IMG/VR virus record: IMGVR_UViG_3300035698_020047
Span: 1-64,000 of that record
Source of the DNA: a virus
Reading direction: 5' to 3' (one strand)
DNA length: 64,000 nt
The notes below the pieces were generated by a model. It worked only from the letters and a program-made list of their open reading frames with translations, was not told the DNA's origin and did no database searches. Every line of letters begins with the position of its first letter. Position 1 is the first letter of the stretch. A program made the position numbers and the translations under genes. Shown here one piece after another: positions 45,555 to 55,447 of this stretch.

Positions 45555-47495
45555 TATATTATGCTTTGGCAATTTTACTGCGGGGAGGCCTCTAGTGCTG
45601 GAAGTCAACTGCTTTGTAAAGTTAGCGAGCTGTTCCTCTTGAGTTGGTGCATTTTTCATTATGCTGTTGTATGACAGCGGGACGATCACATTATGATCGG
45701 TAGTGTCCATTATGTTTTGCTGCTGCTCTTGTCTATCGGAGACAACAGCAGTTTTGGCCAATTTCACTTGCTTGCTGTGTGTGGGCATTAAACCAGTTGG
45801 ATCTAGGTTGATCGCGTCGGGGGCCGCTACAAATGCGAGGGCTGCTGCTATCACCAAATCGTCGTGGTTGCCACGACCTTCCTGTGCGCCAGTTCTTTTG
45901 GTTTCGATGCCTCGTCTGTCGCGATGCCTAATGTATATCTGAAGCTGTTTATGTAGCCGTTCACTGTAGATTTCATAACCTTCCTCTTCCTCTGCCTTGA
46001 TATAATCTATCAATGCCTTGTTGAGGGTCGGTTTAGTCTGTCCGCTGGTTGCAAACCCAAATAGGCCTAGCGTAATTCCGCCCGACGTCGACGTTTTCGA
46101 ATTTGGCTTGGGTGTTCGTGCTTTCTTCCGTCGCCATATGTTGGGGTAGATTAGGTTCTGAATATCTTGTACGAAAGGCGCTCCAATACCAGTGCGTTCT
46201 GGGTTAATGAGTGCGTTATTGTACCATCGCCCCATCCAGTCAGCCATCTTGGCTAGAGTCTGGACTTGCACGTGCCCCATGAATTCAGCGACCTGTTCCA
46301 TAGTGTTAATATCAAACACTTCTATGGCACTGTAGTCATTGTTCTCGCCGGTGGCGATATCAATACCCATAACGTAGGTATGCCCTGGGACTCCTGACTT
46401 GACTATCTTTCCGTTTCGGTATTGTGTCGGCTCACCTTTGAAAGGCTCTTTCCAAACCCATAGGCCTTCTTGAGGGCTCGATCCAACAAAATCGATGACT
46501 TCTGTATCGCCTGTGGCTTGATTAACCCAGTTTACCGGCTCGGCAACGGTCATCGTTTCTGGTGCGTTTTCAACCATAATGCCGACATTATAGAGCACTG
46601 TCGTGTCTAATACTGTACCACCACTACCTATGAAGTCGGCGAGAATTTCCTGCTTGAATAGGTGTGCTTCGCCTCGTAGTTGCAGGCCTTTATATTCTTG
46701 AGCTAGCCATGGTGATTTGTATGGGCCGAATTTTTCTATGTCTTCTTTTGTGGTACATTTTGTGATCCCATCGGTCGGCGCTATCCTGATGCGTCTGTTG
46801 CTGATTGGGTCCATTGCGTCAATAACCCAATCCATGTCCCACCAATTAATTAAGATAGGACTGAATAATCCATCGGGATCTTGCGAATCCATCCACTTAT
46901 CCCAATACCAGTTACCGATACCATTTGGGGTCGAAATAATTATTGCACTACCACCATGCTGTAATGTGGACCATCCACCAGCCCACATGCCTTCCATGTC
47001 TGGCATAAACGCCGCTTCGTCGATAATATTCAAGAATGAAGCGTTAGATCTCAGGGTGTCGGTGCTGGATGTGAGTGATCGTATGACGGATCCATTGGGG
47101 AATCCCAATTCATGTTCATTTCGTATGACGTCTTTCCAGATTTCTCGCATCCATGTTGGAAGACGATCGTAGACGAATTTGACATTACTTTCCAGGAAAT
47201 CTTTGGCATCCGTATCACGTTTTGATACGATTAGGATCTTTTTGTGACCAAAGAACAACGCAACCCACAGTGCGTACATACCCGTGAGAGTTGATGCACC
47301 ACACTGCCTACATTTTTTGAATATGTTAAACCTGTGGCTTCTAAATGAGGCTAAGCTGGAACGCTGATATTTAAATAGCTTAACCGGAATAACACCAACT
47401 TCAGGGTGCTTGATTTTGCAGCATGACTCAATAAAGAATGATACTGACTTCTGGCATCGCTTCACAAATTGTTTAATTTTAGTATTAGTTACCAT
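45534..47495 (-). CDS. terL: terminase large subunit (T4 gp17-like)
   Basis: LFKYQ, KCRQCGAST, Walker B LNIIDEAAF, IIISTPNG.GN, GIDIATG...DYS, HDDLVIA. Confidence 0.96.
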   Translation of the reverse strand: MVTNTKIKQFVKRCQKSVSFFIESCCKIKHPEVGVIPVKLFKYQRSSLASFRSHRFNIFKKCRQCGASTLTGMYALWVALFFGHKKILIVSKRDTDAKDFLESNVKFVYDRLPTWMREIWKDVIRNEHELGFPNGSVIRSLTSSTDTLRSNASFLNIIDEAAFMPDMEGMWAGGWSTLQHGGSAIIISTPNGIGNWYWDKWMDSQDPDGLFSPILINWWDMDWVIDAMDPISNRRIRIAPTDGITKCTTKEDIEKFGPYKSPWLAQEYKGLQLRGEAHLFKQEILADFIGSGGTVLDTTVLYNVGIMVENAPETMTVAEPVNWVNQATGDTEVIDFVGSSPQEGLWVWKEPFKGEPTQYRNGKIVKSGVPGHTYVMGIDIATGENNDYSAIEVFDINTMEQVAEFMGHVQVQTLAKMADWMGRWYNNALINPERTGIGAPFVQDIQNLIYPNIWRRKKARTPKPNSKTSTSGGITLGLFGFATSGQTKPTLNKALIDYIKAEEEEGYEIYSERLHKQLQIYIRHRDRRGIETKRTGAQEGRGNHDDLVIAAALAFVAAPDAINLDPTGLMPTHSKQVKLAKTAVVSDRQEQQQNIMDTTDHNVIVPLSYNSIMKNAPTQEEQLANFTKQLTSSTRGLPAVKLPKHNITMRPRR

Positions 47496-47525
47496 ACATT
47501 ATATATTCACTCGAATAATAAAGAA

Positions 47526-47533
47526 CAAATCTA
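47526..47533 (+). promoter_or_regulatory. candidate late promoter CAAATCTA
   Basis: Variant of recurrent motif, before AGGAG RBS. Confidence 0.55.
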
Positions 47534-47549
47534 AAAATAGGAGTGTATT

Positions 47550-48122
47550 ATGGCAAAGAAGCCTTCTAACCCCAATGATGAGATCCAAGAACTATTGGAC
47601 AATATCGAAGAGAGCGATTCAGAGCTAGTGCCGACCGAAGTACAGCTTAAAATAGCTGAAGCCGTCCCGGAGCCGAAGCATGATCCACAGACTATAATTA
47701 TAGGCGGCGAGTCAGGTCAAAGTGGGGGTGTTGATAGTAGTGGCAGTAGTGGTAGTAGTGGCGGCGATAATGACATGGGCGACTTGGCGACCAAAATATT
47801 AAAGGATTATGGCACCCGCACTGATGAGATTTGGAAGCAGCTGGTTGAGGATAGAGAGCTACTCAATAAATATATTGAACTATTTAGCGATCGCATCAAT
47901 GACCCGGAGAAGGCCAAGACTGTTAATGTTGATGCTCTCACAACGCTGCTGAATACCAAAACATCCGCATCGATAAATGCAACTAGAATGTTGGATTCGA
48001 CCGCCAAGATGATAGTGGCTATCAAAAATATGAAGACGGATGGCGTCACCAGTACCAGTCTAGATGACTTACTTAGTGACGATGGCAGCGATTCTGAAGA
48101 ATTCGACATTGATCAACCATAG
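47550..48122 (+). CDS. hypothetical protein, candidate terminase small subunit
   Basis: Helical core, between terL and portal; function inferred from position only. Confidence 0.5.
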   Translation: MAKKPSNPNDEIQELLDNIEESDSELVPTEVQLKIAEAVPEPKHDPQTIIIGGESGQSGGVDSSGSSGSSGGDNDMGDLATKILKDYGTRTDEIWKQLVEDRELLNKYIELFSDRINDPEKAKTVNVDALTTLLNTKTSASINATRMLDSTAKMIVAIKNMKTDGVTSTSLDDLLSDDGSDSEEFDIDQP

Positions 48123-48130
48123 GCCAAAAT

Positions 48131-49972
48131 ATGAGCTGGCAATTATTTGATAGAATTAGGGCGTTAACCAAGAAGGCTGGGATATATCAGCAGGAACGGT
48201 TATTTCAGGATCAGTCCTCGCTTGATCGAATCATGGCTGGTGGGGAGCTACTAGACTTTAGTCAACAGCAAGCTCTCTTAGACCAGACTAACCTTCAGAT
48301 CAACCGCCTCGAGCGGTATAAGGATTATGACCAGATGGACGAGACCGGCGAAATGTCGCTGGCTCTGGATTTATATGCCGATGAATCGAGTCTGGTCGAT
48401 CCTGAACGTAAGCATACGATCATTATTAAGGCAGAATCTAGGGTTGTAAAAGAAGAACTCGAGGAGTTGTTCTTCAACCAGCTTCTGATTGACAATAATA
48501 TACGCCCAATGGTGCGGTACCTGTGCAAGTATGGGGACGCACCGTTTGAGATGATACCAACAGTCGAGCGTGATGGAGTTGCGGCGCTGCGGTTCGTGAA
48601 TGTGTATAATTTCACACGTATCGAGACGAAGCACGGCGACTTAGTTGGATTCTTCCACCAAGATGAAGTAATGGAAGAGCCGCAATTCATACACCCGTGG
48701 CAGCTGATGCACCTACGGCTTACTGACTACGGCAACATTTATCACCCCTACGGTAGATCGATTATGGAAGGTGGTAGGAAAGCGTTCAAGCAGCTGAGGC
48801 TGATGGAAGACGCCGCGCTGATTTATAGGATTACTAGGGCTCCGGAAAAACGAATCTTTAAGATTCCGATTGGCAACATCCCAGCCAAGGATGTACCAGA
48901 ATTCATGCAGGGGATAGCCAGAATATTCAAGCAGCAACGGTTCTATGACCCGCGTACTGGTAAATTCAACGAGCGGTTTTCGCCGCTTATTCAAGAAGAT
49001 GACTTCTTCCTTCCGGTTCGCCCGGATGGTACCAGCCCAGATATCAGCACGCTGCCTGGGGCGGAGAATCTGGACCAAATAGCCGACATTGAATACTTTA
49101 AGAAGAAGATGATAGCCCCGACTAAGATACCATTTAAACGCGTTGGTATAGGCGAGGGCTCCGGCGAAGAACAGGAGAAGTCACTATCTTCCGGCGATGC
49201 ACAATTTGCAAAAGCTGTACAGTGGGTGCAGCGCGAGGTCTCCGTTGGTTTAACTAAAGTGGCGATTTGCCATTTGGCGATGGCTGGATATAGCATAGAT
49301 GATCTTAAAGGTTTCGAGATTGGTATGACTGCGTCTAGTGCTATTGACGAATTGTATCGGATGGAGACATGGGGAGGACGAACATCAGTTATGGGTGACC
49401 TCAAGGACCTTGGATGGTTCCCGAGAGAGTGGATCGTTACGAGATTCACCGATCTTAGCCCTGATGAAATTGAGGAGCTGTCTGACCTTATGTCGAAAGA
49501 GACTGAATTCCCAGACCTTGAGGGTGGCGGTGGTGGCGGAGGTGGCTTACCTGGTTTGGGCGGGGGCGAGGAACTGCCTGGTATGGAGGGCGAAGGTGAT
49601 ATGGAGGGCGGCCCTGAAGGCGGCGGTGGCCCTGAAGATCTTGAAGCTCTTGCGGCTGGTGGTGGCGCAGAAGAAGGTGGCTTGCCGGGCGTTGGTGAAC
49701 GCCACGATCGTCGCTATAAACAGGTCATCACAGAGATGCGTCGGCAGCGGCAGCTGGAGAAGGTTCGTAAATTCATAAAACGCACTGATGAGCGTGCAAA
49801 CAAGCCCAAGACCTGTCTTTATGATAACCTAATGACCAACAATGAATTAGATGGTCTTAGAAAGGGAACGGGCGGGGACGAAAGCAACGGGGAACTCCTA
49901 ATTGAATGCACTATAGATGATGACGTTAGAAGCGAAGTAGTGCATGAGTATTCTAGTATACTTAAGAATTAA
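48131..49972 (+). CDS. portal protein (T4 gp20-like)
   Basis: YDQMD...E..LALDLYADE, CKYGD, QLRLMEDAALIYRITRAPEKRIFKI, EDDFFLP, LPGAENL..IADIEYF.KK. Confidence 0.96.
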   Translation: MSWQLFDRIRALTKKAGIYQQERLFQDQSSLDRIMAGGELLDFSQQQALLDQTNLQINRLERYKDYDQMDETGEMSLALDLYADESSLVDPERKHTIIIKAESRVVKEELEELFFNQLLIDNNIRPMVRYLCKYGDAPFEMIPTVERDGVAALRFVNVYNFTRIETKHGDLVGFFHQDEVMEEPQFIHPWQLMHLRLTDYGNIYHPYGRSIMEGGRKAFKQLRLMEDAALIYRITRAPEKRIFKIPIGNIPAKDVPEFMQGIARIFKQQRFYDPRTGKFNERFSPLIQEDDFFLPVRPDGTSPDISTLPGAENLDQIADIEYFKKKMIAPTKIPFKRVGIGEGSGEEQEKSLSSGDAQFAKAVQWVQREVSVGLTKVAICHLAMAGYSIDDLKGFEIGMTASSAIDELYRMETWGGRTSVMGDLKDLGWFPREWIVTRFTDLSPDEIEELSDLMSKETEFPDLEGGGGGGGGLPGLGGGEELPGMEGEGDMEGGPEGGGGPEDLEALAAGGGAEEGGLPGVGERHDRRYKQVITEMRRQRQLEKVRKFIKRTDERANKPKTCLYDNLMTNNELDGLRKGTGGDESNGELLIECTIDDDVRSEVVHEYSSILKN

Positions 49973-49999
49973 TAGATGATAGATTTAATAATATCTATT

Positions 50000-50007
50000 C
50001 AAATATA
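50000..50007 (+). promoter_or_regulatory. candidate late promoter CAAATATA
   Basis: Recurrent motif. Confidence 0.6.
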
Positions 50008-50041
50008 GCTTATAGTAAATTAACCATGACTGGAGCACATT

Positions 50042-52906
50042 ATGGCCAACGGAAAACAGGAATCAAAGACGCCCGTCATCAAAGAGAAGGTGGCAATGGA
50101 CGCTCGAAAATTCTTGTCCGCCATCAACGGCTCTGCTCAGGCACAGATAGCATTCTATGAGGATGCCGTTCGACGCTTGGGTGGACAAAGCGGGCAAGAC
50201 TGGGAATTGACGGCACTTCAAGGTAGTAGGATTATCTTCGAGAACGTCGCCGACAATACGTTTATGATCGCTGACCACTCACGTGAGAAAGGCGGTCGCG
50301 TCAAGATCTCCAATATCCGTAGGATAGAGCTGCACGAAGACAAAAAGCCTGAGCTGTTTGAGCAGGCATGCTTGTCGCTCGTCGAAGCGATTGAAGGCGG
50401 CGACGTTAAGGTCATGGATGCTGCATTCAACAAGGTTGCTGCATCTAGATTCCGCTCCACAACTATCCCGCCCAATGGCATTGTTAAAACTAAAGACGGC
50501 ATGGTTCGATGTGTGGCTGTCGAGGGCGCGAAAAGCCTCGGCGAACGCATAGTTGATCAATTGTCAGATAAGTATACCATCGACGAGAGCGGCAACATCG
50601 AAGCCTCGTTCGTCGAGAAGGATGACGGGAATTGGGACTTTGGCGTGTCCGAGCTTACTACGCGTAGGCTAGTGGCTAAGAATATGCTAGAGGTAGCCTC
50701 CAACGCGTATAGAAGCCCTAACTTCCAGACAATGATTGAAGCTGTTGGCGGCTTAATTTGCAAGGATCGTATCGAAGAGGCTATTAAGTTCTCCTCAAAA
50801 TTCCTGCGTGAGAATCAAGAATTCTGCTTACTAAATAAGGCACGTTGGGCTGATTTGGTTGGCGACGCTCTGGCGGCTAAACTCCACTTCAATGAAAACC
50901 TCATTGAAGATGTTGCCACCTTGATGTTTAAGACGAACCTTAAAGTCAACCGCGACGAATTGGTCGATGCTTGGCGCAAGACCGCCGAGAGAGCAGGCCA
51001 TCCGGTTATGCTCGAAAACGTCGATAATCTGACGCAGGCCGATGACTTTGAAGAAGCATATGAAGAATTCTTGGGGACCATTATAGAAGCGACTGGCGAG
51101 ACGACACGAGGTGCGTTGCTTGCCGGTTTAGAACTTCTGCAGCAGAAGGTTGCCAGCGGCGACGTTGATGACCCGACTTCTGAAGAGCTCGAAGGAGCAA
51201 TCTCCAACCTCCGAGACAAGGGCGACTCCGCCTCTATCTGGGAAGCTATGGAAATTCTTGACAGCGTCAGGCGACATACCGATAAGATGCAGGGCCTTGA
51301 TGATTTCGACCAGATGCCTGGCCCGGGATCAGATAGCGAAATCCCAGAAGGCGAAGAAGATATGGGCGGCTTGGGCGGCGGTTTGGACGTTGGGGCCGAT
51401 GCTGGTGGCAGCGATAAACCGCTTGAAATCACCATTGCGATGGATCCGGCTAAAATGGCCGCAAGTGCAGCCGCTGAAGCCGAGCCTGAAGCTGATTTAG
51501 GCCTTGGCGAAGAAGGCGAAGAGGGCGGCGAGGATTTTAATCTGTCGTCTCTTGAAGATATCGACCTTGAAGGTGAAGAAGAAGGCCTGAAGGGCGGCGA
51601 GGAAGAAGGCGGCGAAGAAGATGAATTAGCTGCATTAGCCGCAGGCCGCGAAAATGACGCTGAGCCTATTTCCGAAGACCAGAAACTTGCCAACGAATTC
51701 CTGTCGATCGAAGGAATTGAGGGTGAGATTTCTGAGAGTGGTAAGCCTTGGGAAGATGATGAAGACGATGACGACGACAAAGATGACAAAGATGGCGGCG
51801 ACGATGATGATGACGAGAAAAAGGTTGATGAAGGTAAAGACAAAATAGAAACTGATGATGGTACGATTCAGGTTTCGAGGAAGTCGGTTAAATGCAAGAA
51901 GTGCAAGAAGCCTAAAGGTCGCGGCGAAGGAACATGCGACTGCCCGGCCAGCGAAGGAGTCGAAGAGGACGACGCATACACCCTTCCAGAAGACATAGAA
52001 TTGGAAGGCATCGAAATTGACTCGGAATATTCGACCCTAATCGAGACAAATGATGCTTCTGATGTTGACCTCGCTACTTTTGAGGACTTCCTTGGGAAGC
52101 AATCAGGCTGGAAGGGCGATGACGCTGATATCGCCGCTTTGGATGCTCAGGCTCAGGCCTTCGCCCGCACCCACTATGCAGAGCAGCTGCAGGGCGTTGA
52201 TGAGGTGACAGCACAGACTAATGTTGAGAATCTGGCCGGTAGCCTTATTACTGGCCGCACTAAACTGCGGAGCGTGAAACCTGGCGTAGAAGGCAAGGAA
52301 ACTGACGAGGATGCCATCGAAGAGAATCAATTCAAGAGCCCACTCAGGCAGCTATCGAAACGCGGCTTGAAGAAGGCAGCCGTTGATGAATTGGTTAAAG
52401 AAGGTAAACTTTCGTGGGTAGAACGCAATAAAGAAGCAGTCCTTGGTGAGTTTAAAGGCGTTAAATTCGTAATTGACCACAGTGAACAGCCGGTTGCGAT
52501 ATTGAGCCAAAATGGCAAAGTACAAGTAGACATTCCTGAAGGAATGGTGCCAGGTGCACTGTTCATAGCTGAAATTTCGGAAAAAGAAGCCGAAGCTGAT
52601 GCTTTCGTGGAATGGCTTGATAGTATCATAGAATCGTTGCGCAGCGATGAAGGTGCGATAGATGAAAGTACAGTTGAACCCGAGGTTAAATCACTCGTAG
52701 ACCAGGTTGCCGAGTCTATGGACGAAGAAGCAACTGAAGGTACTGAAGGTGAAATAGCTGAGGAATGCCCTGAACATCTGAAGGCGCACCAGTTTAAGAA
52801 GAAGGACGGCGGAGAAGAAACAAGCGATAAGCCCGAAGAGACAGAAGAGACAAGCGATAAGCCCGAAGAGACAGAAGAGACAAAAGAGACAAGCGAAGAA
52901 GAATAA
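50042..52906 (+). CDS. large acidic head-assembly/core protein
   Basis: 954 aa between portal and protease; GGAG RBS; acidic linkers with many (I/L/V)xE sites. Confidence 0.75.
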   Translation: MANGKQESKTPVIKEKVAMDARKFLSAINGSAQAQIAFYEDAVRRLGGQSGQDWELTALQGSRIIFENVADNTFMIADHSREKGGRVKISNIRRIELHEDKKPELFEQACLSLVEAIEGGDVKVMDAAFNKVAASRFRSTTIPPNGIVKTKDGMVRCVAVEGAKSLGERIVDQLSDKYTIDESGNIEASFVEKDDGNWDFGVSELTTRRLVAKNMLEVASNAYRSPNFQTMIEAVGGLICKDRIEEAIKFSSKFLRENQEFCLLNKARWADLVGDALAAKLHFNENLIEDVATLMFKTNLKVNRDELVDAWRKTAERAGHPVMLENVDNLTQADDFEEAYEEFLGTIIEATGETTRGALLAGLELLQQKVASGDVDDPTSEELEGAISNLRDKGDSASIWEAMEILDSVRRHTDKMQGLDDFDQMPGPGSDSEIPEGEEDMGGLGGGLDVGADAGGSDKPLEITIAMDPAKMAASAAAEAEPEADLGLGEEGEEGGEDFNLSSLEDIDLEGEEEGLKGGEEEGGEEDELAALAAGRENDAEPISEDQKLANEFLSIEGIEGEISESGKPWEDDEDDDDDKDDKDGGDDDDDEKKVDEGKDKIETDDGTIQVSRKSVKCKKCKKPKGRGEGTCDCPASEGVEEDDAYTLPEDIELEGIEIDSEYSTLIETNDASDVDLATFEDFLGKQSGWKGDDADIAALDAQAQAFARTHYAEQLQGVDEVTAQTNVENLAGSLITGRTKLRSVKPGVEGKETDEDAIEENQFKSPLRQLSKRGLKKAAVDELVKEGKLSWVERNKEAVLGEFKGVKFVIDHSEQPVAILSQNGKVQVDIPEGMVPGALFIAEISEKEAEADAFVEWLDSIIESLRSDEGAIDESTVEPEVKSLVDQVAESMDEEATEGTEGEIAEECPEHLKAHQFKKKDGGEETSDKPEETEETSDKPEETEETKETSEEE
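52820..52879 (+). repeat. 2 x 30-nt direct repeat (TSDKPEETEE)
   Basis: ACAAGCGATAAGCCCGAAGAGACAGAAGAG twice. Confidence 0.9.
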
Positions 52907-52930
52907 TAACATCCTAACTTCAAAACAAGC

Positions 52931-52960
52931 AAACGGCACGGACAATTGTCCGTGCCGTTT
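52931..52960 (+). terminator. 30-bp perfect palindrome / terminator
   Basis: AAACGGCACGGACAA TTGTCCGTGCCGTTT. Confidence 0.75.
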
Positions 52961-52972
52961 TGCTATATTGAG

Positions 52973-52980
52973 CAAATATA
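52973..52980 (+). promoter_or_regulatory. candidate late promoter CAAATATA
   Basis: Recurrent motif before AGGAG RBS of protease. Confidence 0.6.
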
Positions 52981-53001
52981 ATATACAGATAGGAGTTAAT
53001 T

Positions 53002-53709
53002 ATGCTTAAGACAATCAATTTCAACAGGGGCATCGTTGCCCAAACTGGCAATATTCCGCGTGGGGCACGATTCCTCCAGGAGACGTTCCCGCTTGAGATT
53101 AAGGATATTAAACAAGTAATATCTGAAGCTACAGGTACCAAGCAGAAAGTGCTCCGGATGACGGGCGTCTTTCAGAAGGGTAATGAATTAAACCAGAATG
53201 GTAGGGAATATTCGACCCCGATCCTTAAAGAAGCAGTTGGCACGATCCAAGAGGATTTGGGACGTCGCGTGGTAATGGGTGAATTCGACCATCCATCTGA
53301 TGCCAAAATCCACCTGGAACGCGTGAGCCACCTTATTACTAAGGTTTGGATGGAAGGCAATTACGTATATGGCGAAGCTGAAGTCATCGAGGGCACGACA
53401 CAGGGTAAGAATTTGGCTGCCCTACTGAAAGCCGGCGTTAAGGTCGGCATATCCTCACGCGGCGTTGGAGATATGGAAGTCGTCAATGAAGGTTCTGACG
53501 ATGAGACATACGTCGTTCAACCTGGATATCGGTTTGTGACGTGGGATGTTGTTGGCGAGCCGTCAGTGCAGGAAGCCACGCTCTCTGTTATGGAGTCAAT
53601 CCAGACTAGGAGAACGCGACGTAGTAATATTATCACTCGAGGCAATTTACGCCAGGCTGACCCTGAATACGCACTGTTAGAAGCGTTGAGACAAAAATTG
53701 TCGTCATAG
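53002..53709 (+). CDS. prohead protease (T4 gp21-like)
   Basis: GVFQ.G...NQNGREY, GEFDHP, VSHLIT, VGISSRGVG, WDVVGEPS. Confidence 0.95.
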   Translation: MLKTINFNRGIVAQTGNIPRGARFLQETFPLEIKDIKQVISEATGTKQKVLRMTGVFQKGNELNQNGREYSTPILKEAVGTIQEDLGRRVVMGEFDHPSDAKIHLERVSHLITKVWMEGNYVYGEAEVIEGTTQGKNLAALLKAGVKVGISSRGVGDMEVVNEGSDDETYVVQPGYRFVTWDVVGEPSVQEATLSVMESIQTRRTRRSNIITRGNLRQADPEYALLEALRQKLSS

Positions 53710-53727
53710 GACCGGCGATATAGTGAG

Positions 53728-53761
53728 TAAGGGGCTTACGTCATTGTAAGCCCCTTATTTG
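53728..53761 (+). terminator. hairpin terminator between convergent genes
   Basis: 12-bp stem TAAGGGGCTTAC / GTAAGCCCCTTA then TTTG. Confidence 0.75.
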
Positions 53762-53764
53762 TAT

Positions 53765-54088
53765 CTATTCGGTTTCTTTGATGATTTGCCGTGCTAAAGC
53801 TTTCCCGACGATTTTCCCGGCGTAGTTTGGATGCTCCCAGTGTCTTAGGCTTTTGTTTCTGGCTATTTCCTTCTTATTTGGGGTCCAGCCTTTCTTCCCA
53901 GCACAAGATTTGCACACATATTTATCCCGTCCTCGTTTATGCTGCCGATATACAGCTTCGGCTGTAATTACCATCTCTTTGTAGCAGTTACTGCAGCTGA
54001 CGCATACCTCGTTCTTCAGCAACACAGGGCTATCGTCATACACATCATGCACACCCATAGATTGTAAAATTGTCATAATCTTGTTCAT
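53765..54088 (-). CDS. small zinc-finger protein, antisense in head module
   Basis: CSNC...CKSC; start placed at MNKIM. Confidence 0.6.
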   Translation of the reverse strand: MNKIMTILQSMGVHDVYDDSPVLLKNEVCVSCSNCYKEMVITAEAVYRQHKRGRDKYVCKSCAGKKGWTPNKKEIARNKSLRHWEHPNYAGKIVGKALARQIIKETE

Positions 54089-54167
54089 GTGTTTCTCGTT
54101 CAAATATAAATACGAATAGTGGATCAATGTCATCCATTCAAATATTTAAGTACATAGGAGTACGAAC

Positions 54168-54545
54168 ATGGCAAGCAATCGTAAGGGCAAAGGAACTTTG
54201 CAAGGCTTTGGGGCTACGACCACTAGTGGTCAAGCTAACCTCGCTGAAACTCTCAAGCAGATCGGCCAGATCATTGGCAGCAAGGGCGTTCGTCCTGTAG
54301 GCGGCAATGTCACTGGCGTTACTGGTAAAGGCAGTGGTGGCGGCGGTAGTGCCGGTAGTGGCACCGGTCAAGATATTAAGCTTAAACCAATCGCAGGCGG
54401 CAAGGGTATTGTCGGTTCTGGTGGTGGCGGCGGTGGTAAGGGCTCCATGCCGACTGATGGCAACCCATCCACATTAACTACTGGTGAGCTTGGAGCTATG
54501 GGCAAATCCGGTCTTGGTACGAAGAATGTTCGAGATATGCCTTAA
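54168..54545 (+). CDS. Gly/Lys-rich small head-module protein
   Basis: AGGAG RBS; CAAATATA 54101 and CAAATATT 54139 upstream. Confidence 0.7.
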   Translation: MASNRKGKGTLQGFGATTTSGQANLAETLKQIGQIIGSKGVRPVGGNVTGVTGKGSGGGGSAGSGTGQDIKLKPIAGGKGIVGSGGGGGGKGSMPTDGNPSTLTTGELGAMGKSGLGTKNVRDMP

Positions 54546-54612
54546 TTGTAGCAATTAGGAATGCATAATTAAGAATAGGACTTCTACTCAAAAATAAGAT
54601 TGGAGACTTAAG

Positions 54613-55410
54613 ATGGACAAGATTAAGGCATTATTGGAACAACTTGGTGGATCCAAGGAGCTGGTAGTACAGATCGTAGAGTCTCTCGATCAGTTTAAAT
54701 CACAAACTGAGAAGACGATCAAAGAAGCTTATCAGCAACGACTCGTGCAAGCTAAAGAGGCTTGCATGGAAGAAGTAAACACTTATAAACGCGGTTTAGC
54801 GCGTAAGACGCAAATCTTCTTTGAAGCCAAGGTAGAGAAGATTGAACAGCAAATTGCAAAGCAAGTGGCAATTAAGGATTCTGCCGCCGAAACTAAACTT
54901 CAAGCCATCGTGGGAATGCTCGAGGGCGTTGAAGTGAATAGTGAAGGCAAGAATGGCGACATCCAAGCCGCGCAAAAGCAACTCAAGGAGCTGCAGGAAG
55001 AACTTCGCAAGACGAAGGCCGCGAATACGGCTATTGCGGAGAAGGCGGAGCGAGCTCACTCAGTCGCCGAGCGAACCTTGGAACGGAATAGAGTTCTTTC
55101 AACTGAACTGGTCGAAGCCAGCCAGAAGCCTCCGTGCCCGAAGTGCAAATGCAAGCCTTGTGAATGCAAGCCTTGCAAGACTTGCAAAAAGTCGCCGTGC
55201 ACCTGTAAGGGTACTAAGTCCGAAGGCAAGAAGAAAGGCAAGAAGGCCATCTCAGAAGGTCGTAAAAGAAAGGGCAAAACCGTTACTGCCCGAAAGGCAA
55301 GCCAAGGTCAGATCGCTAGGACCAAGAGTAAGCCAGCCAATGCTGCTCCCGAAACGCGATCCATGGACGGATTCTCGCCTGGTGGAATCGCAGAAGGAAT
55401 GGACGAATAA
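54613..55410 (+). CDS. prohead scaffold protein (gp22-like)
   Basis: Coiled-coil, IFFEAKV, directly upstream of MCP; GGAG RBS, CAAAAATA at 54589. Confidence 0.7.
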   Translation: MDKIKALLEQLGGSKELVVQIVESLDQFKSQTEKTIKEAYQQRLVQAKEACMEEVNTYKRGLARKTQIFFEAKVEKIEQQIAKQVAIKDSAAETKLQAIVGMLEGVEVNSEGKNGDIQAAQKQLKELQEELRKTKAANTAIAEKAERAHSVAERTLERNRVLSTELVEASQKPPCPKCKCKPCECKPCKTCKKSPCTCKGTKSEGKKKGKKAISEGRKRKGKTVTARKASQGQIARTKSKPANAAPETRSMDGFSPGGIAEGMDE

Positions 55411-55447
55411 ACTTGAGTTGTTAACTTAGTCCGAGGAGACTACTATT

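Noticed and set aside
45534-47495. Intein or intron in terminase, helicases or RecA
   Set aside because: Insertions are short and lack intein C...HN ends or LAGLIDADG motifs; reading frames are continuous
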